Source: Harriotta raleighana
Lineage: Eukaryota
Assembly: GCA_050575255.1 (NCBI GenBank)
Contig: JBNZDD010013675.1
Location: 4,866,405-4,930,404, forward strand
Length of the DNA: 64,000 nucleotides
Direction of reading: 5' to 3'
Shown here: one piece after another, positions 52,848 through 64,000 of the stretch
How positions within the stretch are numbered: the first letter of the stretch is position 1
Layout of the letters: the number at the start of each line of letters is the position of its first letter
Made by a program: the position numbers and the translations under genes
Notes under the pieces: generated by a model
What the model saw: the letters and a program-made list of their open reading frames with translations, nothing else
Database searches by the model: none
What the model was told of the DNA's origin: nothing

Positions 52848-53665
52848 GTGAGGGTGAGGTTGGAGCCAGAGTGTTGGGTGAACACATGCTTAGGGTTGTT
52901 TGACTGTTTTGACAGTAAGACGAGTTCCAGCCTCCCAATGCTCCCACTCAGTGAGTATTCCCACCAAGCAATGGACAGATTGGTCTTGCCCCCACCGCCC
53001 CTCTCTCTTCCCCCCACCCCCCACCCCTCCCCACCACTCCCTCTCCCCCTCCCCTCTATCCTATCCCCATCGCCTCGCCTCCCCTTTAACTGGGTTGCAG
53101 AGAAAGTGTGCGATCGAGTGTCCAAAGCCCAGGAAAGGATTTCACGCCGGTCCCTTCACTGATGACTGTTAGTTAGTCCCCAGTGGGCGACATCGGAGTG
53201 GGAGAAGAGGCGGTGTAACGGGTTTCATTCCAAGAGAATATTTGTGGACATGTCCCCGCCCATGATGGATCGACCATCTCCTTCTAGGGTTGAAGCCCCT
53301 CCTCTGGAGGGAATGGGAGTCCTCGGAGCCTGGTTGGCAGGTGGGAGCAGATGATGTAATGATGCATTAAGACTGTCATCCACATCTGAATGTACCGGTG
53401 AGAGAAGGGATTCCCGCATCCAAGCCAGCCACACGCAGGGCAGTGGATTTATGTGTTGATATCTGCACGGATCCCTTGGAAGATAAGACTGGGAGTTATT
53501 AGTATTATCATTATTATTATTAATATTATTATTACTACTATTATAACTGGGAGCTGTTTTATTTTCTGAAGGGAAGGGAAAGGCTGGAAAGGGGGCTGTG
53601 GGGGGGAGGGGGTGGGAGGGGGAGGGTGGGGGGAGTGGGGGTTGAGTGGGCTTTCGAAAAAAAAA
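52560..53665 (+). promoter_or_regulatory. LHX4 proximal promoter and 5'UTR region
   Basis: CpG-retaining, SINE-free, G/C tracts upstream of exon 1; ETS motif ACCGGAAGT at 52607-52615. Confidence 0.6.
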
Positions 53666-53741
53666 ATGATGCAAAGTGCGGCGATCGCCACAGAGAGCCC
53701 TGGAAAAGGAGTTCAGGAGCTGCTGGGAGTCACAGTGCAAC
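53666..53741 (+). CDS. LHX4: LHX4 canonical exon 1
   Basis: MMQSAAIATESPGKGVQELLGVTVQ(Q), similar to human [26 protein letters not shown]; 76 coding nt; donor c|gtaagg. Confidence 0.93.
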
Positions 53742-53896
53742 GTAAGGCCATCCTATTTGCAAAAAAAAGAAAGGAAAGCGATTTAAAAAGAGCTGTAGTC
53801 AACCTTTTTTTCCCCTTGCCTATCGTCCAGTCTATCTAACCTGTCAGCTTCTCACAGCTGATGTAGCTGGAGAGCCGGGGCGCATCCAAACATCTT

Positions 53897-53917
53897 GGAG
53901 CTGTTCCCGGTGCTGAA
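53897..53917 (-). promoter_or_regulatory. RE1/NRSE (REST binding site) candidate in LHX4 intron 1
   Basis: Minus strand TTCAGCACC-GG-GAACAG-CTCC against consensus TTCAGCACC-NN-GGACAG-CNCC; canonical 2-nt spacer, one core mismatch. Confidence 0.65.
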
Positions 53918-56900
53918 AGAGAGGCGAAAATTAGAATTAAAAAAAATTTTTTTTAGATTTAAGCAAACAATTTTGGGGGGAGGTGGGTGTGGTGGGGGAA
54001 GGGAAGGGAAGGGAAGGGAGGGGGCCGGCGGATCATAAAGGGAAAGAAAATAAAAGCGAGTGTAAAACGATGCTGACATTTTTTAATAGGCTCAGAGATT
54101 TCAGTAAATGCATGGATTAAAGGCCTCGGTAATTGGGGCTGGGCACTGCAACTTTTTAACCGTTATTTTTTCCAATGGCATCTTATATAAAATGAACCGT
54201 ATTTTATACGCACTCCAACTTTAACATGGAGCAGTGATGGAGAGAGAGAGAGAGAGAGAGAGAGTGCAGTAGAACGGTGGGCTGTGATATCCGGCGAGAT
54301 AAGGGGTTGGGGAGTTATCTATTTTCTGAGATAACTCCCAAAGCCCCCACTCCCATCCCGTTATATATATATTCGGGATAAGTACGTGTGTTGCATTATC
54401 CGGATATAGCAAATGCAAGGATTGTTGTTCTCTGTTTGTAATGAACAGCTCCCACTTAAATGGGAGCTTTGCAGAGGCGCCGCGTTAGCTGTTGTACTGT
54501 ATCATGCATTTGGTGCACTGCTTCAAGTCTCCTTGTGCTTGTATGTAGCGCTGAAAAGTCTAGAGACAACTTCAGGAAATAACCACAGCCGACTGTACTG
54601 TGTTTCTTTCTCTCCCCAATTTGCTGCGGGCAGCCAGGGCAATGTGCAATCATTATAGTGATCGATTTCATTCAATTTATTTATCCTACATGCTTGTTTT
54701 TTTTCCAAAAAAATAATTAATTAATTTTGTGGGGTTTTTTTGGAGGGTGGGGTGAGGGTAGGGGGAAACAGTCTCCTTGTATTGTTTATCCAACAAAATT
54801 GTATTGCATATGTTAAGTGCCAAGTGTAAGTGATTTTTGTGTATTATATCATATATATATTTGATTTTTAAAAAATAATTGGGGGTTGTATGCTTGTACT
54901 GTTTAGCAAAGGGAAATCCAACATCTATCAAGTTTCAAGTGGTGCGCATATATGTGTATATATTATATATTAGGAAAGTAAAATCTTAATGAGAACAGGT
55001 CGGAGTTATATACAGGACTGGGAATCAAGAATGGATGGGAATAACAGGTGAGGCAGCCTAGGTGTGGGCAATGCCTGGTTTAAGTTGTGTTAACACTAAG
55101 AAGTAGGTGTGTATGGGGAGCCTTGCTGACAGAAACCTCTCTACAAATGTTGAATGAACGTTTTATCTGTTTTGTTGGTCTGCTGAGAGCTCAAGTCTGA
55201 TAGCAGTATTTTTGTGTGCTTTTTTTAACAACAAAATCGCCTTCAAAAGATTGTAATTTGAGGCTCCCTCGACATTAAAATAAATAAATTACCTCCAAAA
55301 GAAATGTATTAAGCGGCCCACCGGGCTGGCGAGTAAATGAACAAATTGACAAGACCTCCTTCCACAGAGACAAGAAGGATATTTATTTATTAATCTAATA
55401 CATCTGTAATGTACTCACATAAATACAGTATCCAGACTCGGATCAGCCGGTAAAGGATTTTGTACTTAAGATTTTCTGACAACACAGAACAACTGGCTGG
55501 ACAGAAATATCCCATTTATGTAATATTTGAGCTCTAAAGCGTTATCCGTTTAGCTGGTTCCACTGGGGGGTGTTTGCAAGAGAGCGGGGAAACTCTAACC
55601 AAGGGACATTTCATCATTAATGGAGCCAGGACAAGAGGGCAGTTTTACCTTGCAAAAATCTGCAAAATGTCTTTATTTACAGTTGGGTGTGGGTGGGCGG
55701 AGGGGGAGGGTTTGAGCTCTTGTAAATCCTTCCTTCCCAGCTAAACAGAACCGCTTTTTGGATCTAAAAAAAAGCACTATTTGATCTAAATATATAATAA
55801 CGTGTAATTTAACAAATCCGCAACCGCAAATAATTCAGAAAGAGTAAGCATGGCATTATATGCAGAAATGGATATTCATTCGATTATACATGGAATGGTG
55901 GAATGGTTTTGGACATCTAATTCTTTTATCTGCATTTAAATATAAAACCCAAATGCAACATTATAAATATATATATGTGTGTGTGTATATATATATATCA
56001 TATATATATTTATCAAGACATTTTCTAATAGTTAACAATATGCCGCCACACTTCGCCTTTCACCAACCAGACAATTCTCCTTAAATCGATTTAAATAAAC
56101 TCTTTCAACTATGTTTTAATAAAAACACAAATCGTCGATTTATTATCTGGGCTTGTTCGCTTTTCAAACCATGACACCAGGATTAAGAGTATCCAAATCA
56201 AACTGAGAATTCCGTGTGTACCAACACACCCAACACACAGAAATTCCCGTAAACACACACACATACTGTATTATGTATAATTGGGGGGAAATTCTGCTAT
56301 ACTTAGTGAATGGAAGACAGTCAAATACACAAACCACTCTTCCTCACACGTCCAACCAGGTTTAGATCTACAGATTTACTTTTCAAAATACTTTTTCCCC
56401 CCCGCAAAATATACAGCGAATTATTTGCAATATATTCTGTGAAGCGCGTTGAGATAAGGCGCTGTATCAAATGCAAGGAATAGTATCATTGTGGGTGCAT
56501 TTTTTTTTCTCTCTCTCTCGTTACAATATGCCGCTATAACAAAGTATTTCAGTGTTATCGATGTAATTGTGTTTCACAATGTGAATAGCTTGATATTTCT
56601 GTCTAGCTGAACAGTAAGGGTTAGTTTGGGAGGTCGCTTTGGACCAGTTCTGTGCCTCGTGTTTTGGGTGTGATCAGCTGATTTTTTTTTGCAACCTTCT
56701 CTGGTTTTCTGATCACACTTGTGTCCAGTCACAGGTTACAGAAAGCTTCCCAAGCCCAATCTAGGCTGCCCAACGTGAAGTGTTGAAAGAAAGGTTTATC
56801 GCTGGTAATCTAGGAGATAGGAGATGGGTTTGTGGATTAAATGTTTGCCCAGCCCTTGTGTATTCCTCATCTTGCTGTGCCTGGTATCCAGTGTTAATCC

Positions 56901-57444
56901 AGCCCACTGAAGTATTACACAAAGTCGTCTTAAACAAGGAGGAGGGGGGAAGGGGAGCGCATTAAAACAATACATCTGGACATCTGAAAAGTTTATCTGT
57001 TCAAGGGGAAGTGAGTTTCTCTGGGAGTATTAACCACATTATTAAATCTAATCAACTCCGCGCTATTGATCCAGATCAAATACCTAAACAGATACCGTGT
57101 TTATCATCCAGTTGGATGGATTTTGAATCATTTTGTGCCTCACTCTCGGTCTATCGTTTTCTTCCCTTGTCCACCCTTCGCCTTGGGGTCTGTTAGATGC
57201 AATCATATCAACGCCAGTTTGTCTGTCATCTCTGACACTTCAGACCTCATTCCTTTACTCTATCTGTTTCGCTCCTTGCATGTGTGTGTGCATATATATA
57301 TATATATACACACGTTTTTCCTTTTTTTGGGGGGGTAAAATCTTGCTACTTGTTTCTAACCCGTTCCAACTCTCCCAATCTCCTGAGTAATTTGGATCAT
57401 TGTCAAGTCGTATGTCACTACTTATCCTATTTTGTAAATGCATA

Positions 57445-57746
57445 TAATAATAATAATAATCCTCACATTTGATGTGGCTCCTTTTCACGTTGTTGAGACA
57501 CCTCAAAGTGCTTCACAGGGTATATTATCAAGTGATTTGACTGTGTATTTTGTGCGGCAGCCAATTGCGCACAGCGGTATCCCACAAATACTCGCGCATT
57601 TAGTGACCAAATTTTATTTTGTTTGTTTATTTATTTGGGGGATTGTTACTCGGGAATGCGATCCGCCTGATCGACTAACAACTGGGTTTCTACTCACTGC
57701 CAGGTAAACAGAGGCATGTAGCGTAAGGAAACCTGCCTAAGGTTTT
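57445..57746 (-). mobile_element. 5'-truncated SINE abutting the LHX4 exon 2 acceptor
   Basis: Family tail and body on the minus strand, ending about 25 nt before the AG at 57770-57771. Confidence 0.85.
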
Positions 57747-57771
57747 TTATGTCTGTTTGTTCCCTTTGCAG

Positions 57772-57943
57772 AGATCCCACTGTGTGCAGGCTGCAATCAG
57801 CACATCCTGGATAAATTCATCTTGAAGGTGTTGGACCGACCTTGGCACAGTAAATGCCTCAAATGTGCTGACTGTCAGCTACAACTGTCAGACAAGTGTT
57901 TCTCCAGAGCCGGAAACGTTTATTGCAAGGAAGACTTCTTCAA
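57772..57943 (+). CDS. LHX4: LHX4 exon 2 (LIM1 domain)
   Basis: ttgcag| ... |gtgagt; 172 bp; [56 protein letters not shown] with the full LIM Cys/His/Asp ligand pattern and LHX4-type residues (N, DK, V, ADCQ, RAG, KED); the gene continues beyond the window. Confidence 0.97.
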
Positions 57944-59949
57944 GTGAGTCAGCCTGAACTGTACAGTGTCAAAGGCAGCATATATCAAGTGCGCACACGT
58001 TGCAGTCTAGTCACTCACTCATTCATCTTATCTCAACAGCCCGGTGCTGTGGTAGCACTCTTGCCTCTAAGTCAGAAGGCTTATGGGTTCAAGCCGCACT
58101 TTGGCACGTTGAATCATATAGTCTAAGCTGTCATTCAATACAGTCCTGGGAATGTGTTGCATAGTTTGAGGTGCTGTCCTTCAGATGAGACATTAAACCG
58201 AGGCCTCATCTACCTGTTCAGATGTGAGACATTGTTGTACACAAATGGCAGCCACAAGTCATCCACAAAATACACAGTCAATCCATTTTACAGTATGTAA
58301 TCCACAAAGCAATTTGAGATGTCTCGACAACGTGATAAAGTACTACATAAAATTCAAGGATGATTATTATTAACAACTGTATCCAGCTCGGCCATTTATT
58401 CATCATTCATTCCCTTGTCACTTCACTGGTTTCGAAATTCCGCCTGGTCATTGTCTTAACCTGACACTTTGCTATAAAATGTAACATGGGTTATGCAAGA
58501 TCAAATTAAGTCTCAATTCGGAAGCTTTTTTTTCAGAAAATCAGCTTCCAAGTTCAAGATTGAATATAATTTTTTTTCACAAATTCTGTGCAATGTTAAT
58601 TTTAAGGCAAAATGGCTGAGACTAGGGGGAATTTCAGGTCTCCTTGTCATTTTCAGCTCAATAATTCTCATTTGAACAATCCCTGTGTCATCCTGTAAAT
58701 CTACACCGGATCCTCCCCATATTAACCTCGTGTAGTAGAATATCAGGTGTTAATATTTCCATGCCAGAAATTGTGATTTTGAGATGTGTTTGTAGAATCA
58801 TGTAATCATGCTGCTTTTGAGCACAGTCTATCTCATGTTCCATGTCATACGTGTGTGCACAAGAAATGATGGTTGTAAAATTATATGTAGATGATCACAA
58901 ATCCATAGAAACCCATGAGCACCCAATAAAAATGGGCTGCCCTTAACTTGGTAGAGCCTGCATCCTCTATTATTGGAGATATACAGATATTGTTTATATC
59001 CATATAAACATCTGTGGTGTTTCATCATTAATCATTAATTTACGCTGCTGTTTATTTATCAACCACAACATGCACTAGTTGGAGCAAATGGCCTGTTTCC
59101 GTGCTACAGTTTGTCAGAAATGTGACCAATTTACCTCATATGATTTTTTTTCCTCCAAGTCACCGTTATGGGTTGAATCCCCTTTCTCACATTGGGACTT
59201 TGAAACCATAGTCTTCAAAGTCATTCACTGCTGGTGGTGCACTGCATAGTCAGAGGCGTCGTCCTTCAGTTAAGGTATTAAACCGCTTGGATGGATGTTA
59301 AAAATCCCTGTGAAAACCAGAAAAGAAACATATTACGTTCAGTGTGGATCTTCTTTAATCGGTGGCCGAATGAATGAACAAGAGAAATGTCCCAAACAAC
59401 TTCACAAGTAATTACTCTCAAGTATGGTGACTTTTTTGGACCACCAGAGCAGGTTATGCATGAGTGTGGTCCTGCAAACAGCCAGGAGGCAGGTGAATGA
59501 CCAATTAATCTGAAATGAACACATGGTCCAGGCAGGGAAATAGATTATAATACATGCCATAAAGTGTGAAAGATGACAGATTAGAAAGCAATAAGATCAG
59601 TATCAGAAAGACCTATGAAATTGATAGGTTATTTTGCCTTGGATTTGTATTCAGATGGGAAATTAAGATAACAAGCCCATGTTATCAACACTCTGCCTTG
59701 CCTCCTCCTTCCCTATTTTCAGAAACGCCTGAAGACCCACCTCTTCGACTATGCCTACGGTCACCTCCCCACAACTCAGAGTTATGTTCCACCACTGTCA
59801 AGCACTCTAGGATTCTGCTCTGCCTGATGGGCACTGTATAAATGCAAGTTGTTGTTTCTGTTGTTGTTACATAATAATGTTTTACATCACATTTTTGAAG
59901 GACGGATTTTGAATAGATTCTGCTGGTTCATAGAAATTATATGTGAATG

Positions 59950-60290
59950 CAACCTATTAACACCATCCCAACCTACCCGTTCTCTCGGTTTTGTGGGCAC
60001 CTGCCTGCTCCATGTCTCATGTCCTGCCCGCCCCACCATCAGCGGTCTCTCCTTCAGCTTTTCTGCCCTTACCCTCTGGAACTCAATCCTGGAGCACATC
60101 CTTCAAGGCCCATCTCAAGATTTTCCTCTTTGACCATATCTCCCTCCCCAACCCCTCCTCTGCACCCCCACAACCCTTCTTGACTCCAACCCCTAGCTTG
60201 GGTGGAAACCCTTGACAGCACAGCACCATATCACATGCTCCTTAACATGAAAGATACTATATAAATACAATTCGTTGTTGTTATTCTTGT
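59950..60290 (+). mobile_element. L2 LINE 3' fragment
   Basis: TPSQPTRSL...SFSFSALTLWNSI translation followed by an L2-type tail. Confidence 0.75.
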
Positions 60291-63200
60291 TTTTGGACAT
60301 AATTAATCTGCAGGATTGTTGGCCAAGACACCAAGAGAAACATTCTTCTCTTGTTGGACAGTGTAATAATAATAATAATCTTTGCATTTGATATAGTGCT
60401 TTTCACATCTTCTAGACATCTCAAAGCGCTTCACAGAATTCACTGTAAAGTGAATGGACTGTATATAGGTGGGTGAACCTTTAGTGTTTATTTGAAGAAA
60501 AAAGCCAACTCGGGAGGAATTCTTTTGTGGGTCTTGAGCCCACATCTTGTGACAGGTGCAAGACTGAGAAAGCAACAAACTGTGATATCTGCCTATCTAA
60601 CTATCCCAAAGAAGAGGGTCTTATCCCAGTTAATGGGCAAGGACTTTATTTCCTTAGATGTTGTGTTTGTGGGAGATTCAGTAGAGGACACAGCATTTCA
60701 AACAAAATAACTCTTTGGGATCAATTTTTGAACAGTTTTCATATAGTAAGACATGATCTGAAATGCAAGCATCATTTATCATTAACAGCAAAGGCAGTGA
60801 ATTTGGATTTACCTGTTAATATTGTAGGTGTGAGGAGATGATTTGGGTGGCTTAGCTGTGAGGTGATGTGAAACAGAGAGAGACCTTTATTTTCCCTAAG
60901 CAAAGCCCTTAAAGTCTGGTTTAAGGTGTTACCTTATACAGTATCTGCCGAACCCGAATTATTTGAGTGGTGTACAAGAACACCTATTTCTTTCTCTCCT
61001 CAATCAGTCATAGTTGGCAGAATCTGACTCAGAGTGCTTTAAAGTCCTGCCTAACTAAGCAACCCACCATTAACACTGCCTACTGTTTTGCAAATAATAC
61101 TATTAATTTTGCCGATAGAAAGCAAAGTGCCGACTTGAAATACAGTACACAGAATTTTGTAGGCTGGCGATTTCCCTTCATATATTTATATGTAAATACA
61201 CATATATTTAGCATTTTCCCAACGCCTTGGGACGTCCTCCTGACGTGAAAGACGCTATAGAAGTGTAGTTTGGTTGTTGTTGTTGTTGTAATTCACTCAA
61301 CTGCTGTTTGGAAATAATCTGCCCAGTGTTGGGAAGGCAGTTCAGGTGCAGTTCACACGCCTTTGTACCTCAGCACTCCAAAAGTGTACACTAGTGTAGT
61401 GTGTGTATGTGTGTGTGTGTGTGTGTGTGATAGAGAAAGAAAGGAAGGTTTTGCAGTGCACATCTGTCTGGTTTCCCAGAGTGCGAATGAAATGTAAAAT
61501 TGAATGCAACGGCAGATGCGAACGAAGGCGTAGAGAATAAGAGGTGTTTTTGAAATTCCGATTTCGGATCCAGCAACGAATGATGATTTGTGGAGAGAAA
61601 TTGGATGTGTGAGGATTGTGTGTGTGTGTGTGTGTGTGTGGATGAACCCATAGTGTTTGAGCTCACTATCGAATCTACTCACACGAATTACTTTAATTGA
61701 AACATGAATAACAGCCTGTTTCACTGTTTGTCAAATTCCTGTATATGAAGAGGTTCTGTACCTTGTGTTAGTTGCAAGCTTTCGGCTCAGCCTGAGTGTG
61801 TTTGTGTTACTTGTCGCTTTCTCGCTCCCCACCCACCCTCTCCTTTCCTCTGATGCATTTTTTGACCCAGATACGAAAGATTAATTCCTGCGTGTTGCCC
61901 ACCGAATTGCACTGAAAATGTGAATCCTTAATCACATCACCAGCGCTCAGGCATCTGTCCTCCAGCAAATCCATCCCAGCATTTCTCCCACCCCTTTCCC
62001 TTACACATATCACATGCTGGACGCAATTTGTGCACCTTTTTAATCAGGTTAGAACAGAGAATAGAGAAACACAGACAACACGAACGCACGATCGGTTGTT
62101 ACAAACCAAGACATTTCTGTTTCAACTTCGACTGGAGTATTGTGGATCTGACTAGAATAGATCTGCGTCGAGTTTGATATATTCCATTAATATGTAACTA
62201 CTACATATAAAATATATATATACCACGTATATATTTGTGTGTGAGAAGGATTATATACATCTGGATGGGAAATAAACGATATATGAGTGAAGTGAATATT
62301 TGTTAAGAGATTGGCATGTTTGTCCCATGTAAAACACAAACTAAAACAATTTCAAAGCAATCTATGCAGTCAGTGTATGTATAATATAACGTGTACATAG
62401 TATGTGTATGATATTATTAGCAAAATAGGTCATGTAATGTCATCTATAAGCAGAAAGTGGAATGATATCTCGGCATTAGATTTCATAGATGTCGGGAGCT
62501 TTATATAATTCTGTTTGTTTATTCCCCCCTCTGTATATAAACTGTATCATCCCATTGAACTGTCAGATGGGAACTCTGCAAAGTTCTTTCCACCGAAACC
62601 TGACCGGTGGGAAATATTCTGCATATTTTGACGCTAAATTTATCGGCTTTCTCTTCGTGTATTTATTTAATTGAAACGAAAAATTGACAGGATTTTTTTT
62701 TGGGAGGGGGGGCGGGGGGGAGTGGGTGGAGAGGGAATGTGGAATGTCAAACTGTAATCCTAGCGAAAGAATAACAACAACAATAATAATAATAGTAAGA
62801 AAGTCAGTATGATCAGAAATGTGAGCAGTTCTATAAACGGGTTAGCGGTCGTTAATCGAGCGTCGATCTCAGTCCCTCGTTAACCGGGGTGATCTCGACT
62901 CATTTACCAACGTTTCTAATAATAATCCGAATTTATATTTTGTACCGATTTGTATTGCTAAAATCACTTGATACAAGTTAACCGGCGACACGGTTTTAAC
63001 TGAGGCGTCGAGTAGATGTGAATTATATCTTAGAAAAACTAGCACTCTACAGAATTAATCTTAACAATTCGAATAACTCTCATATAATATATAATACAAT
63101 TCTCGTATTCTTATTATAAATAATAACTATTATTTACAATAACTATTATTGCAAACAGTAAGTTAATACTAATCATTTTGCGGATATAGTACTTTACGTT

Positions 63201-63333
63201 TGACCAGTTAATCCGAAAATGCTAAATATTCTCATCAGTAATAAGTATTCATGATGAGTTGCTTAAACAGTTTAATTACAAAAATCATCAGAGAAAAACC
63301 CGAAAGAAGGAGTGGAGGTAGAGAGTGTGTATA

Positions 63334-63366
<33 letters not shown>

Positions 63367-64000
63367 CGACCTCAAACATTAATATCCCGGATAAATCCAA
63401 TTCCTGATGGTGGGGACAAACTGGGACATGTTAGTGAAGGGAAGGGAGCTGAGAGAGAAGCTGGGCCTGGGGTTTGGACAGTGCTCTGTTATTGAAGGGG
63501 AAGAGGGAGCAGTTTAATGTTATTGATTGATTGATTTTATTTTTTGCGGCGCTTTCCTTGAAATCTGCCTTTCTTTAAATAACCAACCATATGCCAGGAC
63601 ATGGGCAGCGCAAAACGGCTTCATGGCCTCAAAATGAAGCCAGATTAAAAGGGATGTGGGGGGGGGGGGGGGGGGGNGGGGGGGGGGTGCACACACTGAG
63701 AAAGCGCCCGCACTTTCTACCATCGGCTCTTTCTGATGCAATGAACACACGGGTTTCTCTCGTATATTCGCTCGGATTTGCTCTCCTCTGGTCCTGTCCT
63801 CTCGCTGTGTCCTGCATTCTCTCTCTCTCAGTCCTGCAGCCTGTTGGATTTCAGATGTTTTCCTATCCACTCACACACACACACACACACTCCATACACA
63901 CACACACCCACTCCACACACACACTTATACACACTCCACACACACACACACTCCACACAGAGAAAGCAATTACGCTGCAATAGGGATGGCCTTAAATAAA

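Noticed and set aside
1-64000. Most remaining short ORFs in the six-frame track
   Set aside because: They lie in SINE, LINE or microsatellite sequence or antisense to real exons, and lack splice or homology support

Overview
Vertebrate genomic DNA, not prokaryotic. The repeat landscape (very dense tRNA-derived Deu-domain SINEs, L2/CR1 fragments, GGGTCAG-type minisatellite) points to a cartilaginous fish, plausibly elephant shark; the species is an inference. The window holds the 3' two-thirds of QSOX1 (8 coding exons, 937-23891, + strand, all GT-AG and in frame) followed by the 5' end of LHX4 (canonical exon 1 at 53666-53741, LIM1 exon 2 at 57772-57943), the same order as human 1q25. The main finding is a candidate second first exon at 33567-33657, about 20 kb upstream of canonical exon 1. 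It encodes MDSRRVEPESQRLHKDLLLSLLAQNQQLRN, resembles the LHX3b-specific inhibitory N-terminus, and would splice in frame to exon 2, suggesting an LHX4 'b' isoform. Other observations: an RE1/REST-like site in LHX4 intron 1, a duplicated QSOX1 exon fragment, a pre-miRNA-sized hairpin, a long inverted-repeat element, transposon-derived splice signals and several candidate enhancers. Two kilobase-scale tandem duplications around single Ns are probably assembly artefacts. All homologies are from recall of known sequences; no searches were run.
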